Positions 28,646-39,099 are shown, counted from the first letter of the stretch. The stretch is 64,000 nt of DNA from Candidatus Parcubacteria bacterium (GCA_018669975.1 JABHSK010000001.1:152394-216393); one strand, 5' to 3'. Notes: generated by a model not told the origin, from the sequence alone. Made by a program: numbers and translations.

Positions 28646-28681
28646 ACCCCGCCTGCGCATTCGCGCGGCGGGGCTTTTTCT
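28646..28681 (+). repeat. 36-bp terminator hairpin, copy 1
   Basis: ACCCCGCCTGCGCATTCGCGCGGCGGGGCTTTTTCT; one mismatch to 56577-56612. Confidence 0.9.
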
Positions 28682-28697
28682 TTGTTTTTAATTTTTG

Positions 28698-30458
28698 TTA
28701 TTTTATAAAACCACCAACTTGTTTTTCCCAAAGATTTTTATAAACACCTTTGGATTTCTTTAATAATTCATCATGTGTACCCTGCTCGATTATCTGACCT
28801 TCATCCAAAACAACTATTCTGTCCATTTGTCTGATAGTGGATAAACGGTGAGCAATAACCATGACAGTTTTATCTTTCATAAGGTTAGCTAGTGCACCTT
28901 GAATCAATTGCTCTGAATCTGAATCTAGACTAGAAGTAGCTTCATCTAAAATTAAAATTGGTGCATTTTTCAAGATAGCCCTAGCTATAGCTACCCGCTG
29001 ACGTTCACCACCAGAAAGTTTGACTCCCCGCTCACCAACAAAGGTCTGATAGGATTCGGAAAATTGCGAAATAAAGCCATGGCAATGTGCTTGTTTAGCT
29101 GCCTTAACAACCTCAGCATCAGTAGCTCCAGGATTGCCATATTTAATATTTTCTTTAAGTGTGCGGTGAAATAAAATTGGGTCTTGATTAACTAAAGCAA
29201 TATTTTTCCAAATACTTTCTTGCTTAACACAAGATATCTTCTGATCATCTATCAAAATATTACCTGATTCTAAGTCATAATTTCTTAGTAAAAGATTTAC
29301 TAAAGTGGATTTACCTGAGCCAGAGACACCAACCAAAGCAAGTTTTTCTTTTGGTTTAATAGATAAATTAAGATTCTTAATAACTCGGCGAGTACGTCGA
29401 TAACTAAAGTTAACATCCTTTAATTCTATCTTGGCTTGAGAAATCTGAAGATCTTTAGCGTTTCTAGCATCTTTAATTTCATGTGGTTTCTCTAAAATTT
29501 CAGTCATTTCTTTGGCTTCGGCAATTTGTTCATAAACATAACGAATCACTCTACCAAAATTCCAAACTCTATTAAAAATAGCTAAAACATAAGCCTGGAT
29601 TAAGAAAAAGTCACCAATTGTCAAAACGCCTCTTTGCCATAATTTAATTGCAAAATACAGCATGCCAAATTCCAATAATATCATAAGCAGTGCCTGGACA
29701 GCATCAAATACGCCCGTTAGCTTCCAGGAAAAGAAACGTAAGCTTCTTAGCTCTTCATTAAGCTTGGCAAAAGTTTTAACTTCCCTTTTATAACCAGAAA
29801 ATAATTTTATATTGGCATTGTTGGTGATAGTGTCTGCCAAAAATCCCGTTATCTTAGAGTCAGCTTCACTTCTTTTAATATCGTGTTTTAATTTGTATAA
29901 ACTAAGATGATAATTTATAAATGAAAAAACTACTACCCAAACTATAACGCCGATAGACATCCACATATTACTTTGCCACAAAACAATAACTATAAAAACA
30001 ATACTGACTATAGCTGGCAAGAATGTCCAGTAGAATGCTTCCATAATACCGTCAAAGGCTCTAGTAAAACGATTAACTCTCTTGACTAGGGCACCAGTAA
30101 AATCATTATTGAAAAAAGAAACTGAATGCTTGTGTAAATATTCAAAGCTACTATTATTAATGCTAACCATAGATTGGGTTTGAAAATATCCAGCAGCAAA
30201 AGTAGTGATGCGCCAGAATACCCAAGTAATAACATTAAACAATAGGACCATCAAAATCATGTGAATCATGCCTGGCAATTTACTTTCCACGTCTCCGGCT
30301 CCGGCTAGAATATTGAAAAAATCTTTATAGAAAATAGGAATAACAATACCACCAGCTGACGCTAGTACAATAGAGCTAACCACCAACAAAAATGACTTGG
30401 GGTGTTTTTTGAGGTGTTTAAAATAAATCTTAAATGTTTTTTTTGTGTAATCTTGCAT
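28698..30458 (-). CDS. ABC transporter ATP-binding/permease (type IV exporter)
   Basis: 6 TM helices; GVSGSGKS, LSGGERQR, ILDEATS motifs. Confidence 0.95.
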   Translation of the reverse strand: MQDYTKKTFKIYFKHLKKHPKSFLLVVSSIVLASAGGIVIPIFYKDFFNILAGAGDVESKLPGMIHMILMVLLFNVITWVFWRITTFAAGYFQTQSMVSINNSSFEYLHKHSVSFFNNDFTGALVKRVNRFTRAFDGIMEAFYWTFLPAIVSIVFIVIVLWQSNMWMSIGVIVWVVVFSFINYHLSLYKLKHDIKRSEADSKITGFLADTITNNANIKLFSGYKREVKTFAKLNEELRSLRFFSWKLTGVFDAVQALLMILLEFGMLYFAIKLWQRGVLTIGDFFLIQAYVLAIFNRVWNFGRVIRYVYEQIAEAKEMTEILEKPHEIKDARNAKDLQISQAKIELKDVNFSYRRTRRVIKNLNLSIKPKEKLALVGVSGSGKSTLVNLLLRNYDLESGNILIDDQKISCVKQESIWKNIALVNQDPILFHRTLKENIKYGNPGATDAEVVKAAKQAHCHGFISQFSESYQTFVGERGVKLSGGERQRVAIARAILKNAPILILDEATSSLDSDSEQLIQGALANLMKDKTVMVIAHRLSTIRQMDRIVVLDEGQIIEQGTHDELLKKSKGVYKNLWEKQVGGFIK

Positions 30459-30523
30459 AATTATTGTTTATTGTTGACATATATTAAAAAATATATTGAA
30501 CTCAGGGCTCACCATATTTTCTT

Positions 30524-30598
30524 TGGCTCCGGGGGCAGGATTCGAACCTGCGATATCCACGTTAACAGCGTGGCGTTGTACCACTCAACTACCCCGGA
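30524..30598 (-). tRNA. tRNA-Asn(GTT)
   Basis: TCCGGGG acceptor stem; anticodon arm CCACG-CTGTTAA-CGTGG; CCA. Confidence 0.93.
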
Positions 30599-30791
30599 AA
30601 AATAAAAAATCGGTCTTTTACACGACCGACATCTTTTTGTACTTAAATAAATTTTATTTGCGCAAAAAGTTCCCGGTCATATAAATCGGCTATTATTCAT
30701 CCATAGATTAGTTACTTTTGCAAAAATCATAAATCTGTCATTAATTAAGTAATTAACACTATACCAACTATTTATAAATCTGTCAAATTAG

Positions 30792-31511
30792 CTATTTTTT
30801 ACCTAATAAGATACCCAAAATATCTTGAGCTGAATGCTCGCCAACAACATCTTCAAAAAAATGAAGCGTATCAAACTGGCGCAGCAATACTATCACTAAT
30901 ATAACACAAGTGCCGAAAGCTCCCTTTAATATTGAAGATGTAAGTTGAGCTTGGGATGGAATCAGAGAGACAGTTAGTAATAAAATAAAAGCTAAAAAAG
31001 CTATTAAAAACCACTGAAAGTGAGGAATGCGCTCCTGGTATAGAACTACCATCTTTTTTCTAGCTATTTGCAAATCTCTAGCAATCCTCAAATTTTCTCT
31101 AATAACAGCCGCTTCAGCAATTGATGCTTTATTTCTATCAATTGCCCTGTTTAATTTATTTATATCAATTATGGTTGAAGATTTATTTACAAAATGATAA
31201 TCCCAAGCTTTATTTTTTATAATTTTTGTATAATGAGCTTTGATTATTTTTTTTATACTATCAGTGTGCTTTGAACCAAAATATTCAAAATTTCTATACA
31301 AAGAAGACATCATTCCATCAAAAACTGCAATTTGATTTCTAATAGCATTGTATCTTCTACCCTGTCTAGCAATAAAAAATCCTGAAAAAGTTGCAAACAA
31401 GAAAGTTGAGATACTCAAAAATAAAGTGTGTGAATCTGTCGGTGTAAAATTAAAAGAATAATAGACAGCTGATAGAAACAAGAATAGAGTAAATAATAAA
31501 TATTTAAACAT
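30792..31511 (-). CDS. Membrane protein (DUF4239/bestrophin-like topology)
   Basis: Two TM pairs flanking a helical soluble region. Confidence 0.6.
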   Translation of the reverse strand: MFKYLLFTLFLFLSAVYYSFNFTPTDSHTLFLSISTFLFATFSGFFIARQGRRYNAIRNQIAVFDGMMSSLYRNFEYFGSKHTDSIKKIIKAHYTKIIKNKAWDYHFVNKSSTIIDINKLNRAIDRNKASIAEAAVIRENLRIARDLQIARKKMVVLYQERIPHFQWFLIAFLAFILLLTVSLIPSQAQLTSSILKGAFGTCVILVIVLLRQFDTLHFFEDVVGEHSAQDILGILLGKK

Positions 31512-31586
31512 AATCCCTCCGTTAGTTTATTATTAACATTAAAATTATAACATTTTCTGTTCCAAAATAAAAATTTCCTAAGCTAA

Positions 31587-32078
31587 TCAGGAGTTTTCTA
31601 ATTTTTCCAAAACAATATCTATTTCATGCCTAACATTATCAAACATCGGTAGATCCTTCATTTCTTCAAGTGAAAACCAACCAATATTATGAGACTCCTC
31701 TATTTGATGATTGACCTCCTGCATTGGCACCTCTATCACATAAACAAAATCTAAATGATAGTGCTCAGGGAAATCACCATAGGGATCTATTCTTTCTTCC
31801 AATAAAAAAGTAGGTAAAGGCAAAATATTAGCCCGCTCATCAATAACTTTAACATCCTTTAAAAAAGCTTGAATATCAACACCTGATTCTTCTTTGACCT
31901 CACGCACTGCTGCTTCAACTGGATTTTCCATTGGCTCGATGTGGCCGCCTGGTGGCATCCATTTGTCATATTTAATATGATGCGTCAACAAAAACTTTCG
32001 TGGTTTCATTTTAGAAACTATAAAGACTGTAGCCGTATAATGTTTCTCCCCTAAATTAGGTATTATTTTTTTATCCAT
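31587..32078 (-). CDS. NUDIX hydrolase
   Basis: PPGGHIEPMENPVEAAVREVKEESG; HYHLD. Confidence 0.9.
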   Translation of the reverse strand: MDKKIIPNLGEKHYTATVFIVSKMKPRKFLLTHHIKYDKWMPPGGHIEPMENPVEAAVREVKEESGVDIQAFLKDVKVIDERANILPLPTFLLEERIDPYGDFPEHYHLDFVYVIEVPMQEVNHQIEESHNIGWFSLEEMKDLPMFDNVRHEIDIVLEKLENS

Positions 32079-32140
32079 AAAATAATTTTAACACACTTAC
32101 TCTAGAAAACAAAAATATGAATTATGCTATAATATAAACA

Positions 32141-32800
32141 ATGGCTAAAGATATATTCCATCAATCTATTAAACAAAAAATTTGGACTAACTCTTTTGTG
32201 TTCTCTCTAATAGTTTTTGTGTTGTTTATTTTAGCTACGGCTTTACTAGAAAAACCATTTAGCCTCCTAACTATTAATAGAGCCATGGCTGGTACTTCCG
32301 CTATTATGTTTGCTGCTGCTTTTTCTCTGAGTGGCTTTTGTTACTATTGGGATTTTCTAGACACTAAGATAGCCTACCGCAAATACCTAGGCTTATTGGG
32401 ATTTTGGTATGCACTGGCTTATTCAATATCTTTATTAATAGTAGACCCAGAGAGATATCTAATTGGTTTTACAAAAAACTTTTTTACTGCCGATATTCTA
32501 CTAGGCCTAATGTCCATGACTATCTTTGGATTCATTGCCATTATTTCCAATGATAAAATAATGCTAAAAATGGGTCCTCACCGTTGGCGAAAAACTCTAA
32601 GACTTGGCTATCTGGCCTGGGTATTACTAGCCCTAAGAGCATATCTTATAGAAAAAAATCTATGGCTAGAATATTTCCAATCTCTTGAGGGCTTCCCACC
32701 ACCACGATTACTCTTATCATTGTTAGTGGTTGCCGTAATAATTTTTAGATTATCTATTACATTTTCTAAATGTTTTAAATTTAAAAAAATTAACAAATAA
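32141..32800 (+). CDS. Ferric-reductase-like transmembrane protein (MsrQ-like)
   Basis: RKYLGL, SND..M.KMG..RW..LRLGY motifs; 6 TM helices. Confidence 0.7.
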   Translation: MAKDIFHQSIKQKIWTNSFVFSLIVFVLFILATALLEKPFSLLTINRAMAGTSAIMFAAAFSLSGFCYYWDFLDTKIAYRKYLGLLGFWYALAYSISLLIVDPERYLIGFTKNFFTADILLGLMSMTIFGFIAIISNDKIMLKMGPHRWRKTLRLGYLAWVLLALRAYLIEKNLWLEYFQSLEGFPPPRLLLSLLVVAVIIFRLSITFSKCFKFKKINK

Positions 32801-32804
32801 AAAT

Positions 32805-33296
32805 ATGGTTTACACTGCAAAACATTATCTGAGGGGTTTATTAAGAATAACTATGGGCTGGATATTCCTTTGGGCTTTTTTAGATAAACTATTTGGCCTA
32901 GGCTTTGCCACTGAAGCCGGTAAATCCTGGCTAGACGGCACTTCGCCAACTACTGGCTTCTTAAAATTTGGCACTAGCGGACCCTTGTCCACTTTTTTTC
33001 AATCTCTAGCTAGTAATATGTTGGTTGATTGGTTGTTTATGCTAGGTTTATTATTAATTGGCTTAGCATTAATTTTAGGAATTGCTATGCGCCTAGCTTG
33101 TTGGAGTGGTGCTCTACTTATGTTATTAATGTATGTAGCAATACTTCTACCTGAGCATAACCCAATAATAGATGAACATATAATCTATTTGCTAGTGCTA
33201 CTATTACTGCTCAAGACTAAAGCCGGATACCCTCTAGGTTTAGGTGGTTGGTGGTCTAATCTAAACCTTGTACAAAAAGCAAAGTGGTTGCAATAA
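32805..33296 (+). CDS. DoxX family membrane protein
   Basis: LRITMGWIFLWAFLDKLFGLG, SPTTGFL, NPIIDEH motifs. Confidence 0.85.
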   Translation: MVYTAKHYLRGLLRITMGWIFLWAFLDKLFGLGFATEAGKSWLDGTSPTTGFLKFGTSGPLSTFFQSLASNMLVDWLFMLGLLLIGLALILGIAMRLACWSGALLMLLMYVAILLPEHNPIIDEHIIYLLVLLLLLKTKAGYPLGLGGWWSNLNLVQKAKWLQ

Positions 33297-33333
33297 AAAA
33301 AGCCCCGTCGTTGACGGGACCGATACTATTGAC

Positions 33334-33564
33334 TCAATTGGTCGCTTGTAGGAGACGCTTGTTCCAGCTTTGCCAGGTGGTATAACCACAATGCGTGCAC
33401 TTGTAGCCGACAGCACCACTGCTGTCCTGATCAAAGGAAACGTAGAAACCTTGCTCGCAATCGGGGCAAGCTCCGTTGTTCCACTCACGATTTTCCTGAT
33501 GCCTGGCCCAGATACAGCCGCCAATCATGGCAGCCAAAACTAAGATGGGTAGTACGATGAGCAT
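33334..33564 (-). CDS. Small TM plus Zn-ribbon protein
   Basis: WNNGACPDC...YKCTHC; AGGAGG SD; own promoter and terminator. Confidence 0.75.
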   Translation of the reverse strand: MLIVLPILVLAAMIGGCIWARHQENREWNNGACPDCEQGFYVSFDQDSSGAVGYKCTHCGYTTWQSWNKRLLQATN

Positions 33565-33707
33565 GGACTTTCCTCCTGTTGAGATTGTCTGTGACTAGGA
33601 ATATATTGAACATAGAACTGCATAATATATACCAAAATAACACATTTGTCAATAATAAAAAGCCCCGCCGAGTTCACCTCGGCGGGGTTATATTTATCAA
33701 TCAAGAT

Positions 33708-35414
33708 TTAGCTCTTCTTAGCAGAAGAGGTGCGTCGTCGACCACTAAGGCGGTCTCCATGCACAATATTATGAACCATGAAACTCAAGGTCTCACTGAT
33801 AACGTTACCAACAATAGCTTCATTGTCATCGTTGCTTAGCATCAGCTGACTGATGGCAAAAGTAGCTACGGTCTCAATATAACGCATCAGACTGGTGTCG
33901 GTCTCTTCGCATTCGAACCAATAACGGTGACTCGTATTGAATGTCAACACGCCCGTCTTCATATCGAACTTGAAGGGCTCACCACTAGTGCCGACCTCAT
34001 CAAAGTCGAGCTGCAGACCAGTGGAATGTCCCCGAACCAGTTGGCGCCTATGGCCTTCCGGACCGGTAACAGTACCAGGCTGGTGCTCTGGCAGATCAGT
34101 GTCAGGCTCACCTCGGGATTCACCCTTGGCTTCAGAATTAGCCTTGTCCTGATTACCTCGGGTAGCCACTGACTTCTTCTTCTGCCTACCGACAGGCTTG
34201 GCCTTTTTATGGCCTGCACCAATAGTTCCAACCTTGAATTCCTTGATCAGATCACGCAGACCCTGGCTGTCGAGCAGACCTTCGACCACTTTGAGTGCTC
34301 TCAGTCCCAACTTCTGGAAGCGGGCTTCCCGAATGTGTGACTCGACAATGTCCAGGTGCTTCTGACCAATATCTTCAAACCATCTTTCAATACAGACACA
34401 CATACCAACTAGGGCGTCGTTAGCCACAAACCTTTTGCGACCAGCGTCCAATTCAACTCCCTGACAAGCAATTTCGCCTTCGAAAATGCCAGACCTGAGA
34501 GCCTGAATTGCCCCGTCGGACAAAATGCCGTCTATCGAATTCCAAAAAGATCTACTACTGCTAGGAATACGGAAATCATCTCCGATTTCTCCAAAGCAGA
34601 CGCTGCCCTTACGAGCACCACGCGGAGTCTTCTTGGCGATAAAAACGCGAAAGCGAGTTTCCCCACAATCTTCACTAACATAGACTGCCTCATCTAGAGG
34701 TCGTCCTTCATATTCTTTGGCCACTACTTGCAACTGAGCACGTACGTTGTCCTCACTGATAAAATCAATCTGCACTACCGTGTCAAGCTTGCGCATGACT
34801 GGACCAAACTTATCCAGAATCTGTTCAGCAAGATCCTGAGCAGTCATCCGGGTAATAGTCCGATCCTTAATAATGCCCCAAGCCTTAATCCTGGTGCGCC
34901 AAGGTACGAAGAAAGAATCTCCGGAACGATGACGTTTAGGGTTGGCACGAGTAGCATGATATTTGATCTGCGGCCGTTCCTTGAGAGGAATAGCACCAGT
35001 ATCACTCATACCACCGATATCACCAGTGTCGAATGTCCACTCCAAGAACCCAGTCTGACCAGGCGTCTTGCGGTAATGGCAAGACGTGAAGGTAAACTTT
35101 TCGCACTTACCCAAATATGAAATCATACCACGGCCCCAGCGACCCATCTTGTCGCGACTCTTCACGGTCTTACCGATTTGAGTCAGACACTGTTCGAATT
35201 TGACTCGGGTCACACCCTGGCCATTATCGACGATGTCCAAACCGCGTTTTTTAAGATTGATACGGATACCAATAAGCGTAGCCTTGGCGTCTAGAGCATT
35301 TTGAACTTGCTCCAGTGTCGCATCCAATAAAGATGGATAAGTACCGGCCACCATCATCAATATTTGACCAAGATTAACATTAATCGTACTTTGACTTCCT
35401 TTTTCAGGTGTCAT
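33708..35414 (-). CDS. GHKL (HSP90/MORC-like) ATPase with uncharacterised C-terminus
   Basis: EQVQNALDA, DNGQG, GRWGRG Bergerat-fold motifs. Confidence 0.8.
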   Translation of the reverse strand: MTPEKGSQSTINVNLGQILMMVAGTYPSLLDATLEQVQNALDAKATLIGIRINLKKRGLDIVDNGQGVTRVKFEQCLTQIGKTVKSRDKMGRWGRGMISYLGKCEKFTFTSCHYRKTPGQTGFLEWTFDTGDIGGMSDTGAIPLKERPQIKYHATRANPKRHRSGDSFFVPWRTRIKAWGIIKDRTITRMTAQDLAEQILDKFGPVMRKLDTVVQIDFISEDNVRAQLQVVAKEYEGRPLDEAVYVSEDCGETRFRVFIAKKTPRGARKGSVCFGEIGDDFRIPSSSRSFWNSIDGILSDGAIQALRSGIFEGEIACQGVELDAGRKRFVANDALVGMCVCIERWFEDIGQKHLDIVESHIREARFQKLGLRALKVVEGLLDSQGLRDLIKEFKVGTIGAGHKKAKPVGRQKKKSVATRGNQDKANSEAKGESRGEPDTDLPEHQPGTVTGPEGHRRQLVRGHSTGLQLDFDEVGTSGEPFKFDMKTGVLTFNTSHRYWFECEETDTSLMRYIETVATFAISQLMLSNDDNEAIVGNVISETLSFMVHNIVHGDRLSGRRRTSSAKKS

Positions 35415-36145
35415 TCTTCCCTCCCTTTTTTATCTAGAGTTAACTTTCTCGATTCCTTACTACATAATCCGTGCAAAGCTTGGGCTGCATTATACAAACC
35501 ATCATCTGATATACTACGCCGCAATTGACGGCGATCATTATCAGAAAACTCATCTGACAAAACAGCTTGAGCTAAAGGCAAAAGAGCCTCTACTTGTCCC
35601 TTCAATGCCTGAAATATGGCATCACGTGAACTTTGTCTTAAGCTAGTAGGTAGCGATCGTTCAGTCCTCTGACTTGTTTTGAGAATAGGACGATCATTTA
35701 AACCAACGAAGTCTTCGGCTGGGTAACGTTTGAGTATAGCTTCGATCATAGCGAGCTTAGCTCTACCAGCATTGCAAACGTTATTAAGCACCGGAAAAAA
35801 TGAATCTCTGCCAGCATAACCTAATTTCTGACACGCTTCATCAAAAGACATCCGACCGATTGAAATAATCCATCCCAAAGACAGGACCTGTGGTGCCAAG
35901 TCTCTCAACTCAGCCACATCATATCCCCGACTATGGAGAAAATACTTCAACCGAATAAGATTTTTACCCGAGGGCATTTTTTTACCATTAAGCCAACGAT
36001 AGGCTAATGGATCAGAAGCTTTGCAGAAATCAGCCAAGGGTTTCCTGGCTGCCAATACTTGTGACTTGCCAGTTGGCAAGGTTCCTGCGTAATGATCCAA
36101 ACATTGTCTGGCATTACCTGAAAAATTAACGGGGGTTTTTCCCAT
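35411..36145 (-). CDS. Putative HTH DNA-binding protein
   Basis: LADFC...AYRWLNGKKMPSGKNL is XRE-like; ATGA overlap with the ATPase; AAGGAGG SD. Confidence 0.6.
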   Translation of the reverse strand: MGKTPVNFSGNARQCLDHYAGTLPTGKSQVLAARKPLADFCKASDPLAYRWLNGKKMPSGKNLIRLKYFLHSRGYDVAELRDLAPQVLSLGWIISIGRMSFDEACQKLGYAGRDSFFPVLNNVCNAGRAKLAMIEAILKRYPAEDFVGLNDRPILKTSQRTERSLPTSLRQSSRDAIFQALKGQVEALLPLAQAVLSDEFSDNDRRQLRRSISDDGLYNAAQALHGLCSKESRKLTLDKKGREE

Positions 36146-36343
36146 TGCTGTATGCCTCCTTCTTTCTTGGGGTCCTTGTTTTTTATCCTAAATCTATGAA
36201 TTGACTTGTGAAAGAACTATCTCTAAGTAGGCGCAATAGCCCACTATATAGACATTGCAAATTACCATTTTAAGCAATATATGTCAATAATAACAAAAAG
36301 CCCAAAAAATGGGCTTTCTAATATCTAATGATTTTATTATTAA

Positions 36344-39019
36344 CTACCTTCTTTTTCCTTTATAATACTTAATAAATATAGCCTTTATAACCTCTATCAA
36401 GGTGATAGTCACAAATATAACAAATAATATTACCTTCCACTCACCCCAAGTCAAAGGTACTGTCCTTAGAGCTCGATTAAAGAACGGTACATAGATTGCT
36501 ACTAATTGCATGCCTAGGCCAATAATAACCGCACCATTTAAATACTTATTTTTAAAAGGCTTTGCTTTCAAAATATTGCGATCCAAGCTCTTAATGCTAA
36601 AGACATAGAATAAAGTATCAATACCCAAGGCTGTAAAAGTAGCTGTCCTAGCTAAATCTTCGTTGCCTGTGGTTTGTAAAAAATACCAAAATATCCAGAG
36701 ACTGGTACTGGCAGATAAAAAGGTAATTACTATTGTCAAAAACCTACTTTCAAAATCAAATAATTGCTTATTACGAGCACGCAATTTTTTATTCATTATT
36801 TCCTCGTCCTCTGGCTCCATAGTCAAGGCTAAGGCTGGCAAACCATCGTTAACTAAATTTACCCACAATATCTGGGCAGCCAACAAAGGTAATGGTAGTC
36901 CTAAAAGTAAACTACCAACAATAATGGCTACCTCTGAAAAACTATCCGATAATAAATATAAAATGACTTTTTTAATATTACTAAAAATTACCCTACCCTG
37001 CTTGATAGACATTACAATAGTCTCAAAATTGTTATCCAACAAAACTAAATCTGCGGTTTCTTTAGCTACATCTGAACCACTACTGACAGCCACTCCAATA
37101 TCCGCTGCTTTAAGCGCCGGCGCATCGTTAACACCATCACCAGTCATAGAAACTGTCTCCCCTCTGTTTTGCCAGGCTTTAATAATCCTCAACTTATCAG
37201 CCGGCGTCACTCGAGCATACACTTTTATATTTTGTATACGGGAATCTAATTCCTTATCTGTCATCTTTAATAACTCATCACCAGTGACAACACTATCATT
37301 GCTGGCTGAGATTCCTAGATCCCTAGCAATTTTTTGAGCTGTGAATTTATTATCGCCAGTAATAATAACTGTCTTAATCCCAGCACGTAAAGTCTGACTG
37401 ATAGTAGCCTTGGCTTCGGGACGCAGAGGATCAGACAAACCCCAAATACCTATAAAAATAAAGTCTTGTGGGTTTTCTTTGCATTTATTAAACTCCTTGA
37501 AATCTTTAGCTACAAGTCTATAACCACCAGCCAAAACACGTAAACCACTTTTACTCAAGCTCTCCCATTGCTCTTGAAAATAACTATTGGCCGACTTGGT
37601 TAATTTAATAACTTTATTACCACTGAGATAAGAAGTAGAAAAGTTTAACATCTTTTCTGGAGCACCTTTAATAAAAATAATATCCCGTTTATCATCAAAG
37701 CTGTGCCTGGTCACCATAAATTTTCTCTGTGAATCAAAAGGTACCTCCTCTAGACGAGGAAATTCTTTATTCAAAGATTTTGCATTTACACCCTTGGCTC
37801 CATACAATAAAAGTGCTTTTTCTGTGGGACTACCAATTATCATCCAGTTATCAGAAAATTCTTCCGGATTTTGAACGACAGAATCATTACATAAAAAAGA
37901 TATCTTGGACATCATGTCTAGCTCCTTATCCACCTCTGTATCTCGAGATGAACCAACTGCTAAATCTATCCTATGTTTATGTGTCACTATTTGTGTCACT
38001 CTCATTTCTCCTTCGGTCAGCGTACCTGTTTTATCAGTACAAATAACTGTAGTTGACCCCAAAGTCTCAGCTGAAATAAGTCTCCGCACTAAACCATTAT
38101 TCTTTAAAATACGCTGCATGCCAACTGTCAAAATCATTGTCATACTAATAACTAAGCCCTCCGGAATGGCGGCTACAGCTACAGCCACGGCCACAGTAAA
38201 CATTTCTGCCCAAGGATGCCCCTGAACTATCCCTAAAACAAAAAGACCAAGAGCGACTATACCCACAAACTTAGTAATATTCTTGGCAAAGCTATCCAAT
38301 TTTTTCTGTAAAGGAGTCTTTTCTTCTTTAGTCTCTTTAAGCATGACAGTAATCTTACCCATCTCAGTAAAAAAACCAGTCCCAGTAACAACCGCTTGGG
38401 CACGACCCTCAACTACTAAGGTGCCCATGAAAACCATATTTTTTCTTTCAGCTAGAACTGTACCAACTGCTAAAGTATCTAAAGATTTTTTAACAGGCCA
38501 TGATTCTCCAGTCAAAGTAGCCTCATTAACCTCAAAATCATTAATAGATAAAAGCTTAGCGTCTGCTGGCACTCTATTGCCAGATTCCAATACAATAATA
38601 TCTCCAGGAACCAACAATCTTGATTCCACCCTCTGTTCATTGTTATCCCTAATGACTAAGCTCTCCTTCCGAACTACCTCGTTTAATTTTTCTAAAGATT
38701 GGTTAGCTTTATATTCCTGTATAAAACCAACTACCACATTGAGCATCACAGCTGCTAAAATAACATAAACATCTATAGTCTCTCCAAAAAATATAGAAAT
38801 AATTCCAGCAACTAATAAAACATAAACTAAGGCACTTTTAAATTGCCCTATGAATAAGCGCCAAAGAGAAAATTTTTCAGCCTTGGCCAACTCATTAGAA
38901 CCAAGCTTTCCCAAACGTTTTTCAACTTCTTTGGTGCTAAGACCCTTTTTAGTGGCATTTAATTTTTTGAGAACCTGCGTTGAACTCAAGGAATGCCAGA
39001 CGTGTTCTACTTTAGACAT
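36344..39019 (-). CDS. Cation-translocating P-type ATPase (type IIA-like)
   Basis: TGES, PEGL, DKTGTLT, KGAPE, TGDGVND motifs. Confidence 0.95.
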   Translation of the reverse strand: MSKVEHVWHSLSSTQVLKKLNATKKGLSTKEVEKRLGKLGSNELAKAEKFSLWRLFIGQFKSALVYVLLVAGIISIFFGETIDVYVILAAVMLNVVVGFIQEYKANQSLEKLNEVVRKESLVIRDNNEQRVESRLLVPGDIIVLESGNRVPADAKLLSINDFEVNEATLTGESWPVKKSLDTLAVGTVLAERKNMVFMGTLVVEGRAQAVVTGTGFFTEMGKITVMLKETKEEKTPLQKKLDSFAKNITKFVGIVALGLFVLGIVQGHPWAEMFTVAVAVAVAAIPEGLVISMTMILTVGMQRILKNNGLVRRLISAETLGSTTVICTDKTGTLTEGEMRVTQIVTHKHRIDLAVGSSRDTEVDKELDMMSKISFLCNDSVVQNPEEFSDNWMIIGSPTEKALLLYGAKGVNAKSLNKEFPRLEEVPFDSQRKFMVTRHSFDDKRDIIFIKGAPEKMLNFSTSYLSGNKVIKLTKSANSYFQEQWESLSKSGLRVLAGGYRLVAKDFKEFNKCKENPQDFIFIGIWGLSDPLRPEAKATISQTLRAGIKTVIITGDNKFTAQKIARDLGISASNDSVVTGDELLKMTDKELDSRIQNIKVYARVTPADKLRIIKAWQNRGETVSMTGDGVNDAPALKAADIGVAVSSGSDVAKETADLVLLDNNFETIVMSIKQGRVIFSNIKKVILYLLSDSFSEVAIIVGSLLLGLPLPLLAAQILWVNLVNDGLPALALTMEPEDEEIMNKKLRARNKQLFDFESRFLTIVITFLSASTSLWIFWYFLQTTGNEDLARTATFTALGIDTLFYVFSIKSLDRNILKAKPFKNKYLNGAVIIGLGMQLVAIYVPFFNRALRTVPLTWGEWKVILFVIFVTITLIEVIKAIFIKYYKGKRR

Positions 39020-39099
39020 GTCTATATTATAACACAAATAAACGGTCTATATAAATTAAAACTTGAGTTTTATAGAATTTAGGGTAAAATTAATACCAT

